A DNA stretch of 64,000 bases from contig OY760935.1 in the NCBI GenBank assembly GCA_963664295.1, positions 32,001 to 96,000 on the forward strand, in the 5' to 3' direction. Below are positions 10,501 through 17,971 of this stretch, in pieces. Source of the stretch: Candidatus Altimarinota bacterium. Lineage in GTDB: Bacteria; Patescibacteriota; Gracilibacteria; CAIRYL01; GCA-016699755. The notes under the pieces were generated by a model. It had not been told where the DNA came from. It searched no databases and was given only the letters and a program-made list of their open reading frames with translations. Position numbers and translations under genes: made by a program. How positions within the stretch are numbered: position 1 is the stretch's first letter; each line of letters starts with the position of its first letter.

Positions 10501-10731
10501 TTCTTCAATCGAACTATTTTCACCTCTTTTTTCAATATTATAACCACACCACATACCAAGATAGTCTTCTGATGTTATGGTGCCAGGATTTGTAATGTCA
10601 CCCTTATAGTTTTCAGGATTTGTTTGAAAAATACCAACACCAAGGGCCAAAAATAAGCTAATAGTTGACATAGTAACTATGCTTTTATAAAAAGCTGGCT
10701 TTTTATTTTTTTCTATGTTTGTTGTATTCAT
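4549..10731 (-). CDS. 2060-aa surface protein: N-terminal TM/signal, Cys-rich repeats, Myxococcus-type Cys repeats, 85-aa Ig-like tandem repeats, Big_2-like domains, C-terminal dockerin-like domain
   Basis: CGDG..EECDDGN x2; GGSGxY repeats; C-terminal GDVNYDG...DFNDNGMVDLLD double Ca-binding loop. Confidence 0.85.
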   Translation of the reverse strand: MNTTNIEKNKKPAFYKSIVTMSTISLFLALGVGIFQTNPENYKGDITNPGTITSEDYLGMWCGYNIEKRGENSSIEENTTVLCRGENPKNNCPAEFAKVSYSGLASAGDTDYYTFSTCVLTEANDQILNPNDSEINSFWCGYHGENQGDNDSVTSTTINCQEIDPKTSCPANYQQIKLQFVNNEDEGTTIEDLKTDTIYSCVHNSGNEKTSKNSWFGWHAIDGTETNLNNFITETTINHTDKNPQTGCSEGFRRIAVLGSAYGDDIDPNELYFCVETGTCGDGSKAGSEECDDGNTNNEDGCSSECLIETDWQCDNTENSLSQCFSCGNGVLEEPEECDDGNTDNEDGCSDACAIEATYDCYIETNPSSCSVLPFFQLNNVEVDYKKQVISVNGVAENIKVIGIGKDWYDTCTYDFNENGSGITGGKTSEFEFSITGPATDAKKASLNITCTCDSTINGSKCEDHISQTHTTTAEISVIAEDYNPLSVNLLQQTIYIGQKPENIVASGGSGSYSFQFSNNGTGLSGTATKNDENENNINTYSFNENNTAISKGVATLTITDNNSEEVINVSIEVQEETLSANLSSQTIGLYDTPTSIETSGGSGEYSFSLNAGTTGLTGSVDSENNNIYNFSTATSTGTATLTITDNKTNESVDVTINVIVVILSANLTEQTIGINKTPFSITASGGSGEYSFSLNAGTTGLTGSVDSENNNIYNFSTATNTGTATLTITDNDTNESVKAIVNVGVTNLSANLTEQTIGINKTPFSITASGGSGEYSFSLNAGTTGLTGSVDSENNNIYNFSTATSTGTATLTITDNDTNESITTKINIMITNLSANLSSQTISINSTPLNIIINGGSGDYSFSLDAGTTGLTGSVDSENNNIYNFSTATSTGTATLTITDNQTNENIDVLINISASGPSVDISSQTINLNGTPASITVNNGSNNYSFSLDAGTTGLTGSVDSENNNIYNFSTATNTGTATLTITDNQTNTSVTTVINVSANELSMNFSSQTVAIGKTPTNIEVNGGSGNYSFSLDAGTTGLTGSVDSENNNIYNFSTATNTGTATLTITDNQTNTSVTTVINVSANELSMNFSSQTVAIGKTPTNIEVNGGSGNYSFSLDAGTTGLTGSVDSENNNIYNFSTATNTGTATLTITDNQTNTSITATINIKSVVLNIENGDQSITVGSTPNPISISGGSGTYTFATTDNGTGLEGTINGDTFIFSKSAEQKGIFTIQITDTVNNVSETTIVTVNSLKIVPNIASQSIAINQTPLTIKASGGSGEYTFELSADEAMGISGSSEGNTFTFNSPALTTGTITLNIYDTYDQENIATSKITVYQTSPVINISEQSIFVGETPKPLIAYSSSDKYNFVFDEGDTKLLGQRENNNFVFTQSALRKGTAVVNLTEEDMTNITASSTINVLARPLTTNIGSQKINLNEDIGDIQVNGGSGEYIMELDDSDGTGLRGYQNGDTFVFNTDPSSAGTVSLNITDYYDDNLTKEIVIIIESTSLSLNINSQIVDVDELPDPIIVTGGSGEYIFTFNPNETGLKGSITNNVFSFTSAGDTTGEATLEITDKNDESKTISTTITVNDSPLKSLSINLLNCNYGENLVTGDICTLIATGTYEDETIRDISKEVEWRGTESIGSVSEDVLTISTAGITTISAVQDGIASNNNITINVLDADKLVSFEVSSLNCEDSVMVEDVCTLSAVGTFEDGNTAEVGDLVNWYGYSSIASLSDRDLTITNDGSANIKGSIVNSDEKEILCNNSITLTAIDKKDLTDIEISSNCTDNTASVNDICILTAIGTYADGTNRDISGQVEWLGTEAIGTLTNYYLTIVQEGTAKIYATMEDEISNTITINSERALLDIISITTTGNASAAKGTTDTLYIDILNLYGIDDLKTVEISLVKGRYCSVNEIPSSAQVFNIINDSASASYSFTNELLTLEIPIYIPQLADLTNGKHTIVVRVSSTAGLNSEIYPFNVGIPASGDVNYDGVYSLTDAILAMKFYSGSAEADATQLEASDFNDNGMVDLLDVIAVFRAVIDTQNGETVIFNNACE
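7230..8990 (-). repeat. Intragenic tandem repeat, 255-bp period, 7 copies with a near-identical core
   Basis: ttataaatattattattttcactatc recurs every 255 bp from about 7313 to about 8843; protein GTTGLTGSVDSENNNIYNFSTATxTGTATLTITDN x7. Confidence 0.92.
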
Positions 10732-10835
10732 TTATTTTTTGCGAGATTTTATCATATTATTATCTCATAAAATAAACTTTTTTTCAACAAAAAGAACCTT
10801 GACCAAAACCCTAATAAAAGGTGTTTAAAAACTGC

Positions 10836-11939
10836 TTATTCTTCTAATTCGTCCTTCTCCTCTTTTGTGAGAATATCTGCTCCCAACATGGTTTTAATTA
10901 AACTCTTTGAGTGATAGTTTTGACGCACTGTATCCCTGCTTACTAGTTCGTTTTCGTATAATTTAGTTAGATATTTGTCAAATAAGATATTTCCTATTTT
11001 GGTTGTAATTTCCATTTGTCCATAAATTTCTTGAATATCGCCATTTCTAATAAGATTTTTAATGGCATCATCAGGAAGCATAATTTCACGACAAGGGATT
11101 AGTTGATACTCATCTTTGTATTGCACTAAAGTTTGAGACAATACGCCTTTTAGTTCATTTGCTAATTGCATTAAAAGTTGTCGTTTTTTTAACGGAGGAA
11201 ACATGTTAATAATTCTTTCTATGCTTTGTACTGCATCAACTGTGTGTAGTGTTGCTATTACAAAATATCCAGATTCACACATAGTAAGTACTGTTTCCAT
11301 GGTTTCAAATCCTCGAATTTCACCAACACAAACCACATCTGCATCTTGTCTAAACACAGACTTTAGCTGTCTTGCAGAATCATTGAAGTTTTTTGGAATT
11401 ACACACTGTGAAATAATGCTTTGTTTGCGTTCATGTATGTATTCAATAGGATCTTCAAACATGATTATATTTAGTTTTCTGGTTTCATTTAAATAATCTA
11501 CTAAGCTATTCATTAAGGTTGTTTTTCCTGAGTTATTTGGACCTGTAATTAACAAAAGACCACTTCGATTATTGATAATATTTACAATTTCATTGCTCAC
11601 TGAAAGATCTTTTATGCTTGGTAGTTCTGGTGGTATATAGCGGATATTCATGCCTACACCTCTGCGTTCTTTAAAAACATTTATCCTGAAGCGTCCTGGA
11701 ATTCCTTCGATTGTTTTACCAAAATCACCATTATTATTTTTTTCAATTTCTTTTAATTCTTCTTTTTCCAATGCTTCTTCTAGAAATTGATTTAATTCTT
11801 CGGCTGTTAACTCATTTTTGTCCAAAGAAATAATTTCACCTGTTTTATCGCGCATGCAAGGTGTTTCGCTAGTAATTAAATGAATATCCGATATTTTATT
11901 TTTACTTTGAAAAGCAAGTATTTCTTTTATTGAAACCAT
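10836..11939 (-). CDS. pilT: PilT/PilU-family type IV pilus ATPase
   Basis: RFRINVF, GPNNSGKTT Walker A, EDPIEY, VGEIR, ATLHT, AIKNLIR. Confidence 0.85.
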   Translation of the reverse strand: MVSIKEILAFQSKNKISDIHLITSETPCMRDKTGEIISLDKNELTAEELNQFLEEALEKEELKEIEKNNNGDFGKTIEGIPGRFRINVFKERRGVGMNIRYIPPELPSIKDLSVSNEIVNIINNRSGLLLITGPNNSGKTTLMNSLVDYLNETRKLNIIMFEDPIEYIHERKQSIISQCVIPKNFNDSARQLKSVFRQDADVVCVGEIRGFETMETVLTMCESGYFVIATLHTVDAVQSIERIINMFPPLKKRQLLMQLANELKGVLSQTLVQYKDEYQLIPCREIMLPDDAIKNLIRNGDIQEIYGQMEITTKIGNILFDKYLTKLYENELVSRDTVRQNYHSKSLIKTMLGADILTKEEKDELEE

Positions 11940-11940
11940 A

Positions 11941-13053
11941 TTATTTTTTTGTAAAAGGATTATCCATTAATATTTTTTTTCGAGGATCTGTTTCTTCTGT
12001 TTCCGTCTCTGTTTCTTCTTTTAAAGTTTCTTCTATTCCTTCTCCTTCTTGTTCTTGTTCAATTTCAGTTTTTGCTTGATTAAGCTCTTCCTCTGCTGTT
12101 GTTTTTTCTTCCTCTGCTTCTTCTAGTTCTTTTTGTTTTTCTGAAAGCAGAACCTCTGCTTCTTCTTTGGCTTGTTGTAGAGCTTTTAAGGCTTCTTCTT
12201 TTTCTCTTAGAGCCTCCTCTGCTTCTTTTTCTTCTTGTTCTGCTTTTTCTTCTGCTTGTTTTAATTGCTCAATTGCTGTTTGTTCTAGCTCTTTTGCTTC
12301 CTCTGCTTCTTTTGCTTCTTTGCTTGCCTCTCTTTTTGCTTCTTTTGCTTCCTCTTGTTCTTTTTTTGCTTTTTCTTTTGCTTCCTCTGCTTCTTTTTCT
12401 TCTTGTTCTGCTTTTTCTTTTGCTTGTTCTAGTTCTTGAATTGCTTTTTCTTTTTCTACTTGAGCCATTTTTGCTTCTTCAGACTCTTTTTCTGCCTCTG
12501 TTTCACTTGTTTTTAGCTGTGCTTCTGCTTCTTCCAGTTTTCTTTTTGCTTCTTCGATTGCAAGCTTTGCATCTTGTTCTTTTTCTTCCGCTTTTTCAAT
12601 TTTTTCCTCTAATTCCTCAGTATTTATTTTTTCCTCTTGAGCTTCCTTTATTTCTTTCGGTTCTTCAGGCTTTGTGTCTTCAATTGTTTCTCCTTCTTCA
12701 GCAGGTGCTAATTTGAGCTCTATTTTTGGCTCTTCTTCTGTGTTTTTATTTTCTTCCTCCACTTCTTCTGTCTCTGTGGCTACCTCTGCTTGTTCGTTTG
12801 GTTCTATTTTTTCTTCTTTTGCTGTTTCAAATACACTTTTTTTAGGCTCTTTTTTTTGTTCAATTTTTTCTTCAATGCTATCTTTTGCTCCCAAAAAGCC
12901 TTTTTTTAATCTACTAAAGATGCCCTCTTTTTCAGGTTCAGGCTCTTTTTCGATTTGTTTAGAATTTAAGTAATTCTTAATTTCTAAAAGTTCTTCTTGG
13001 CTTAATCCCTCAAGAACTTGTTTAATTTGATCAATTTTATCCTGATTTTTCAT
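11941..13053 (-). CDS. E/K/A-rich coiled-coil protein
   Basis: Low-complexity EKAEQEEKEAEEA repeats; 1 nt from the pilT start. Confidence 0.75.
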   Translation of the reverse strand: MKNQDKIDQIKQVLEGLSQEELLEIKNYLNSKQIEKEPEPEKEGIFSRLKKGFLGAKDSIEEKIEQKKEPKKSVFETAKEEKIEPNEQAEVATETEEVEEENKNTEEEPKIELKLAPAEEGETIEDTKPEEPKEIKEAQEEKINTEELEEKIEKAEEKEQDAKLAIEEAKRKLEEAEAQLKTSETEAEKESEEAKMAQVEKEKAIQELEQAKEKAEQEEKEAEEAKEKAKKEQEEAKEAKREASKEAKEAEEAKELEQTAIEQLKQAEEKAEQEEKEAEEALREKEEALKALQQAKEEAEVLLSEKQKELEEAEEEKTTAEEELNQAKTEIEQEQEGEGIEETLKEETETETEETDPRKKILMDNPFTKK

Positions 13054-13122
13054 TTTGTTTTTGTTAATTTATCTATTTATTTTACCATATTTTTTTCTTT
13101 TTAGTAAAGCCTTTTTTTGTTT

Positions 13123-13527
13123 TTAATTTCCTTTGTATTCCATGTGTGCATAAGATTTCACTTTTTTAAATCCAAGTTTTTCATAAAAACCTACAAGCCA
13201 ATCTTGTTTAGGGCTTGTGGATAAATTAATATGATCTATTTTTAATTTTTTGCATATTTTTATGCTTTTTTTAATTATTTTTTGTGCAATGCCTTGATTT
13301 CTCATGTCTTCTTGGACTCTTAAATCCAGCAAAAAAGCAAATCTATTAAAATCAGTTAAAATTCTGCAAGCACCAACAATTGTTTTGTTTTTTAAACAAA
13401 CAACAAAGAGGGGGGTGTTTTTGGTGGCACTTAAATATTCTTTTTGATAATGATTTTGATAAAAATCAGTAATTGAATTTTGAAATTCGGAAATATTTTT
13501 ATGATTTATAATTAAATAGGAAAGCAT
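13123..13527 (-). CDS. GNAT N-acetyltransferase
   Basis: LDLRVQEDMRNQGIA (AcCoA motif A), FYEKLGF. Confidence 0.88.
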   Translation of the reverse strand: MLSYLIINHKNISEFQNSITDFYQNHYQKEYLSATKNTPLFVVCLKNKTIVGACRILTDFNRFAFLLDLRVQEDMRNQGIAQKIIKKSIKICKKLKIDHINLSTSPKQDWLVGFYEKLGFKKVKSYAHMEYKGN

Positions 13528-13540
13528 TTTTTGAAATTAT

Positions 13541-14806
13541 TTAATTTAAAAAGCTTAAATGACAGCCACCTTTGCATATATCTTGCAGTATACAATCTTG
13601 ACATGCCTTTGTAATATTTTTTTGTATATTGCTTATAGCAAAAGGTTGAATTTTTTGTTGCCATATATTTTTAACACCTTCGCTGATATCGCCAAATGTT
13701 CTGGTGTCATGAGGGCAAACCTTTGCTTCTCCTTTGTTATTCACTGCCATCCATCTTACTCCGGCATTGCAGTGTTGATTTAAAAATTTTTGACCAGTGG
13801 GCATATCAGTCTCGTTTATTATAGGTGTTTTTGTTTCTGAAAGACAATGTCTTTGTGAGCAGGGAGCTGTAATATTTATGCCTTCTGGATCTATTTGATC
13901 AAGTGCATCTCTAAATTGAGGATAATAAACACCAAATAATTGATCATTTCTTGATGTTGAAACGTATCTCATTAATCTAAATTCATGTACTCCTAATTCC
14001 TTGATGGTTTTAATTACAAAGGCAATGTCTTTAATATTTTGGTTTACTAAAGTCATCTCCACTATTACATTAATACCTTGTTTTAACGCCTCTTCTATTG
14101 CTTTAATTGTTTTTTTGAAACCATTTTTGTCTCCAACTAAATTATTATGCGAACTAGGTGAGCCATGCATGGAAATTAAAATTTCTTTTACATTATTTTC
14201 ACTTAGATATTTACTTTTTTCTGTTGTCAAAGTTGTGCCATTTGTAAAAACAACCTGATATAAGTTGTGTTTTGCACCAGATTGTATTATTTGATCAAAA
14301 TCAGGATGCAAAGAAGGCTCACCGCCACTGTATCTTATTCTAAATAAACCATTATCACTGCACTCTTTTTGTAGTGCAACTATTTGTTCAAGGGGTAAAT
14401 GTGGATTGCCTTTCATTTCTTTTTTTTGTGTTTTCCAGGTGTTATAGCAAAATTGACAACTCCAATTACATATTCTTGTAAGTTCAAGTTCTAAATTTAC
14501 GGGAAAAATAACTTTTTCATCTTGAATATTTGGATCCTTGTATAACTCTGTTGTGTCTTGATTGATCTGATTCGGCAGATCTTTCATTAATGTTGAAATA
14601 AGGTCTTGAATATCACTTATTACCATTTCTGGACTGGCTTCATATTCTTTTGCTATTTCTTGCGCAAGTGTTTCAATACTTTTTCCTTGTTTTAATTGAT
14701 CAAGTATAAAATCACCCATTTCATCTAATTGGTGTTCAACTCCTGTGTTAATATTAAGGGCCATTTTTAAGTCAGGACGATGAACTAATTTTGAAAGTTG
14801 TTTCAT
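13541..14806 (-). CDS. PqqD/RRE-fused radical SAM/SPASM peptide maturase
   Basis: N-terminal PqqD-like fold (LDEMGDFILDQL..GKSIETLAQEIAKEYEAS...DIQDLI); CNWSCQFC; SGGEP; SPASM C-x..GEAKVCP..CQDC..ICKGGC. Confidence 0.9.
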   Translation of the reverse strand: MKQLSKLVHRPDLKMALNINTGVEHQLDEMGDFILDQLKQGKSIETLAQEIAKEYEASPEMVISDIQDLISTLMKDLPNQINQDTTELYKDPNIQDEKVIFPVNLELELTRICNWSCQFCYNTWKTQKKEMKGNPHLPLEQIVALQKECSDNGLFRIRYSGGEPSLHPDFDQIIQSGAKHNLYQVVFTNGTTLTTEKSKYLSENNVKEILISMHGSPSSHNNLVGDKNGFKKTIKAIEEALKQGINVIVEMTLVNQNIKDIAFVIKTIKELGVHEFRLMRYVSTSRNDQLFGVYYPQFRDALDQIDPEGINITAPCSQRHCLSETKTPIINETDMPTGQKFLNQHCNAGVRWMAVNNKGEAKVCPHDTRTFGDISEGVKNIWQQKIQPFAISNIQKNITKACQDCILQDICKGGCHLSFLN

Positions 14807-14808
14807 AG

Positions 14809-15726
14809 TTAAAATTTAATACAGTTTTTATGAATTGCTGTGATATTGCATCCGCTTTCGCAAATCCCTCTTGTTTCACAATTAAGACATTGAGCTAGTT
14901 GTGGGCGAAAATTTCTTAATCGCTCTTTTTCAATTTGCATTGCATCCCACATTTTTTTTAATGTAGCACCTTGAAAATCATGAATTATATTCATCATAAA
15001 ACAGCTAACAGCCTTGCCGTCAATATTTACAGAAATAATTCCTGGATCTCCACCATCACAAACTTCACCCTCAACAAAACCTTCTTCGATTTGTTGGTCC
15101 GGGTTATCTGCTGTTTTTTGTTTTATAACATTTTTGATATCAGTAATGTCTTGATTTGAGAGAACTAAATTACGACTTGCATTGCCGGCTAATTGGGTGG
15201 GGGAGATGTCAATTTTAACATTTAAACTTGCTCCTAAGTCAATCATTTCTGCAACTTCTCCTTTATTGAGTGAGTTAATAGAGAATCTGAGTGAATACGA
15301 AACACCTTGACTATCAAGCATTTCCAAAATTGTCATAATTTTGGCGAAGCTGTTTTTTCCTCTAATTGCATCAGTAGTTTTTTCTGTTGCTCCATCTAAG
15401 CTAATATTACAATGTGCATTATGATCTTTGACAGCATTTGCTATGTTGGGATGATTTAAAAATAAAGCATTTGTGCTAATGTTGATGTTTTTAAACATTT
15501 TTTGACCTGCAAAACGAATAATATCTTCAAATTCAGGATGCATCAAAGGCTCTCCGCCTGTTATATCTAAAGTGCTAACACCTAAGTCTTTGGATTCTGC
15601 AATAATACTTTTTGCTTTTGTAGGATTAATAAAAAAAGGTCTTTTTTCTCCCATATAACAATGTTTGCAATTTAAATTACAACCTTCAGCAATAGCTAGC
15701 TTAACGCGTGAATATTTTTCATTCAT
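14809..15726 (-). CDS. Radical SAM enzyme with SPASM domain (no RRE)
   Basis: CNLNCKHC, TGGEP, ISLDG, CDGG..DGKAVSC..CLNC..ICESGC. Confidence 0.9.
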   Translation of the reverse strand: MNEKYSRVKLAIAEGCNLNCKHCYMGEKRPFFINPTKAKSIIAESKDLGVSTLDITGGEPLMHPEFEDIIRFAGQKMFKNINISTNALFLNHPNIANAVKDHNAHCNISLDGATEKTTDAIRGKNSFAKIMTILEMLDSQGVSYSLRFSINSLNKGEVAEMIDLGASLNVKIDISPTQLAGNASRNLVLSNQDITDIKNVIKQKTADNPDQQIEEGFVEGEVCDGGDPGIISVNIDGKAVSCFMMNIIHDFQGATLKKMWDAMQIEKERLRNFRPQLAQCLNCETRGICESGCNITAIHKNCIKF

Positions 15727-15748
15727 AAGATTTTTTTAAAAAGGTGGT

Positions 15749-15779
15749 GAGTCGTAGCCCACAAGAGGAGCTACGACTC
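15749..15779 (-). terminator. Strong stem-loop between the peptide gene and the first rSAM gene (attenuating terminator or RNA-stabilising hairpin)
   Basis: gagtcgtagctc-ctcttgt-gggctacgactc, 12 bp with one GU, then accaccttttt; a second 8-bp hairpin at 15797-15816. Confidence 0.7.
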
Positions 15780-15822
15780 GGTTGTTTGTTGCAGACAAGC
15801 AATGTAAGCATTGCTTAGGTCA

Positions 15823-15888
15823 TTAGTTGCACTGCGCGGAGGCTTGCTTTTTCGACCTGGTCTGCGGAGCGGTGTATGCCTTTTTCAT
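15823..15888 (-). CDS. Putative RiPP precursor peptide, MKKAYTAPQTRSKKQASAQCN (21 aa), not in the ORF track
   Basis: SD AAAGGAGGTGAT directly upstream; tandem stops TAA TGA; YxxP leader motif; heads the rSAM/RRE operon on the same strand. Confidence 0.85.
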   Translation of the reverse strand: MKKAYTAPQTRSKKQASAQCN

Positions 15889-16044
15889 TATTCATCACCT
15901 CCTTTCCGGGGCATGATTTATGCTAAAAAACATAACCCATGACATAAATTATATTTCTTTTGTATGAATTTTTGATGAAATAATGATATTTACTTCACAG
16001 TTTTTTAAAAACTAGCTATTATATTTTGGAAGATAATTTAGTCA

Positions 16045-17625
16045 ATGCCAAAAAAAAGTAAATCGTCAAAAAAAGTTATTGTTTTAGGAAGTGGTCCTTA
16101 TTCAATTGGATCTTCTGTTGAGTTTGATTGGTGTAGTATTGCAGCAGCAAAAACACTACAAAAAGAAGGGCATGAAACAATAATGGTTAATTCTAACCCT
16201 GAAACTGTTTCTACTGATTTTGATACTTGTAATAAGCTTTATTTTGATGAACTTTCACTAGAAAGAGTTTTGGATATTATTGACATAGAAAAACCAAACG
16301 GAATTGTGGTTTTTTCTGGCGGGCAGATACCAAACAACCTTGCGCCAAAATTAGCAGAGCAAAAAGTAAAATTAATGGGTACTAACCCAAAAAATATAGA
16401 TAAAGCAGAAGATAGACACCAGTTTTCTTCTCTTTTGGATGAATTGGAAATAGACCAGCCTGCTTGGAAAGAGTTTACAAGTCGCGAACAGGCAATTAAA
16501 TTTGCTAAAAAATTTGGCTATCCTGTTTTAATTCGTCCTTCAAAAGTTCTTTCTGGGGCTGCTATGGCTGTTGCCAGAAACGAAGATGAGCTTTGTACAT
16601 TTTTAGCAAAAGCTGCAAAAATTGATTCTGATGCCCCAGTTGTAATTTCAAAATATGAAGTTGGAGCAAGGGAAATTGAAATGGACGCAGTTGCTCATAA
16701 AGGCAAAATGGTTATTTGGGCAATTTCTGAGCATGTAGAAAATGCTGGTGTTCATTCTGGTGATGCCACCCTGGTTTTGCCTCCGCAAAAAACCTGGCTG
16801 GAAACGATCCGTAGAATTAGAAAAATAACTAAAAAATTAGCAAAAAATTTGGATATAACAGGCCCTTTTAATATTCAATTTTTGGCAAAATCAAATGACA
16901 TTAAGGTAATTGAGTTAAATTTACGCGCTAGTCGTAGTTTTCCTTTTGTTTCTAAGGTGACAGGTCACAATTTTATTGAAATTGCCACTAAAGCCGTGCT
17001 TGGCAAAGTTGAACCAAAAGAAAAAAGAGAGCAAAAATATCAAACTCTTGATCTTGGTCATGTTGGTGTAAAAGTTCCTCAATTTTCTTTTTCTCGTCTT
17101 TCTGGTGCTGATCCTGTGCTTTCTGTTGAAATGGCTTCTACTGGTGAGGTTGCTTGTTTTGGTGAGAACTTTGAAGAGGCATTTTTAAAAGCTATGATTT
17201 CTGCTGGATTTAGAGTTCCAAATAAGAATATTTTGATTTCTATTGGAAAAACTAAAGACAAAGTTAGTTTTATTGATAGTGCTAAGCTTTTAGTTGAAAT
17301 GGGATATAGCCTATACGCTACCACAGGTACAGCTGAATTTTTGAAAGAGCAGGGAGTATCTGCAAAAATTCTCCATAGAGTGTCTTGCGGTAAAAAGCCA
17401 TCAATAGTTGATTATATTTATCAGAAAAAACTTGATTTAGTTATCAATATTCCGAAAAATTTTGCTCACGATGAAGAAACAGACGGATTTAGGCTAAGAA
17501 GAGCAAGTGTGGACTCAAATATTCCACTTGTAAATAATTTACAAGTGGCAATTGCACTTATTGGTTCATTGAAAAAATATGTTAATAAGGAATTAAAATC
17601 CCAATCTTGGGACGACTTTGTTTAA
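16045..17625 (+). CDS. carB: Carbamoyl-phosphate synthase large subunit, C-terminal half only (one ATP-grasp plus MGS domain)
   Basis: Begins at KKVIVLGSGPYSIGSSVEFDWC; NPETVSTD, EHVENAGVHSGD, NLRASRS, EMASTGEV; 526 aa. Confidence 0.9.
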   Translation: MPKKSKSSKKVIVLGSGPYSIGSSVEFDWCSIAAAKTLQKEGHETIMVNSNPETVSTDFDTCNKLYFDELSLERVLDIIDIEKPNGIVVFSGGQIPNNLAPKLAEQKVKLMGTNPKNIDKAEDRHQFSSLLDELEIDQPAWKEFTSREQAIKFAKKFGYPVLIRPSKVLSGAAMAVARNEDELCTFLAKAAKIDSDAPVVISKYEVGAREIEMDAVAHKGKMVIWAISEHVENAGVHSGDATLVLPPQKTWLETIRRIRKITKKLAKNLDITGPFNIQFLAKSNDIKVIELNLRASRSFPFVSKVTGHNFIEIATKAVLGKVEPKEKREQKYQTLDLGHVGVKVPQFSFSRLSGADPVLSVEMASTGEVACFGENFEEAFLKAMISAGFRVPNKNILISIGKTKDKVSFIDSAKLLVEMGYSLYATTGTAEFLKEQGVSAKILHRVSCGKKPSIVDYIYQKKLDLVINIPKNFAHDEETDGFRLRRASVDSNIPLVNNLQVAIALIGSLKKYVNKELKSQSWDDFV

Positions 17626-17628
17626 TTC

Positions 17629-17934
17629 TTATTGGTGTTTTGCTTTGTATTTCTCAATTTGAACTTTTAATTTTTTTTCGCATTCATCAATAGCATTATC
17701 TACTGTTGGTTGGCTTGTTTCTGCGCGCAATGTATCGCTTGGTGCGTATATTGTAATAGTGCAAAGAATTCTTTTTTCTTTTTCTCGTACTGAGTCATAG
17801 TCTATTTCTGCCTTAATTTTTGTTGACTCATCGTTTAGTCTGCGAGCGTAATTAAGCAATTTTTCTAGTTTTCCATGAATTCTTTGTTCCTGATCTTCAG
17901 AAATACTAATGTTTTTAGTGTGAATATTTATCAT
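17629..17934 (-). CDS. hpf: Ribosome hibernation factor HPF/RaiA (short form)
   Basis: MINIHTKNISIS...KLEKL...AIDECEKKLKVQIEKYK; start moved to ATG 17934. Confidence 0.85.
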   Translation of the reverse strand: MINIHTKNISISEDQEQRIHGKLEKLLNYARRLNDESTKIKAEIDYDSVREKEKRILCTITIYAPSDTLRAETSQPTVDNAIDECEKKLKVQIEKYKAKHQ

Positions 17935-17971
17935 TTTTGATTTATTAAAATTCGTACTTATTTTAGCAAAA

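Noticed and set aside
12099-12716. Leu/Phe-rich 205-aa plus-strand ORF
   Set aside because: Antisense shadow of the E/K-rich coiled-coil gene.
13123-15888. PQQ, mycofactocin or lasso-peptide cluster
   Set aside because: The peptide lacks ExxxY, the C-terminal VY, and an acidic ring residue; no pqqBC, mftDE, or lasso cyclase/peptidase genes are present.
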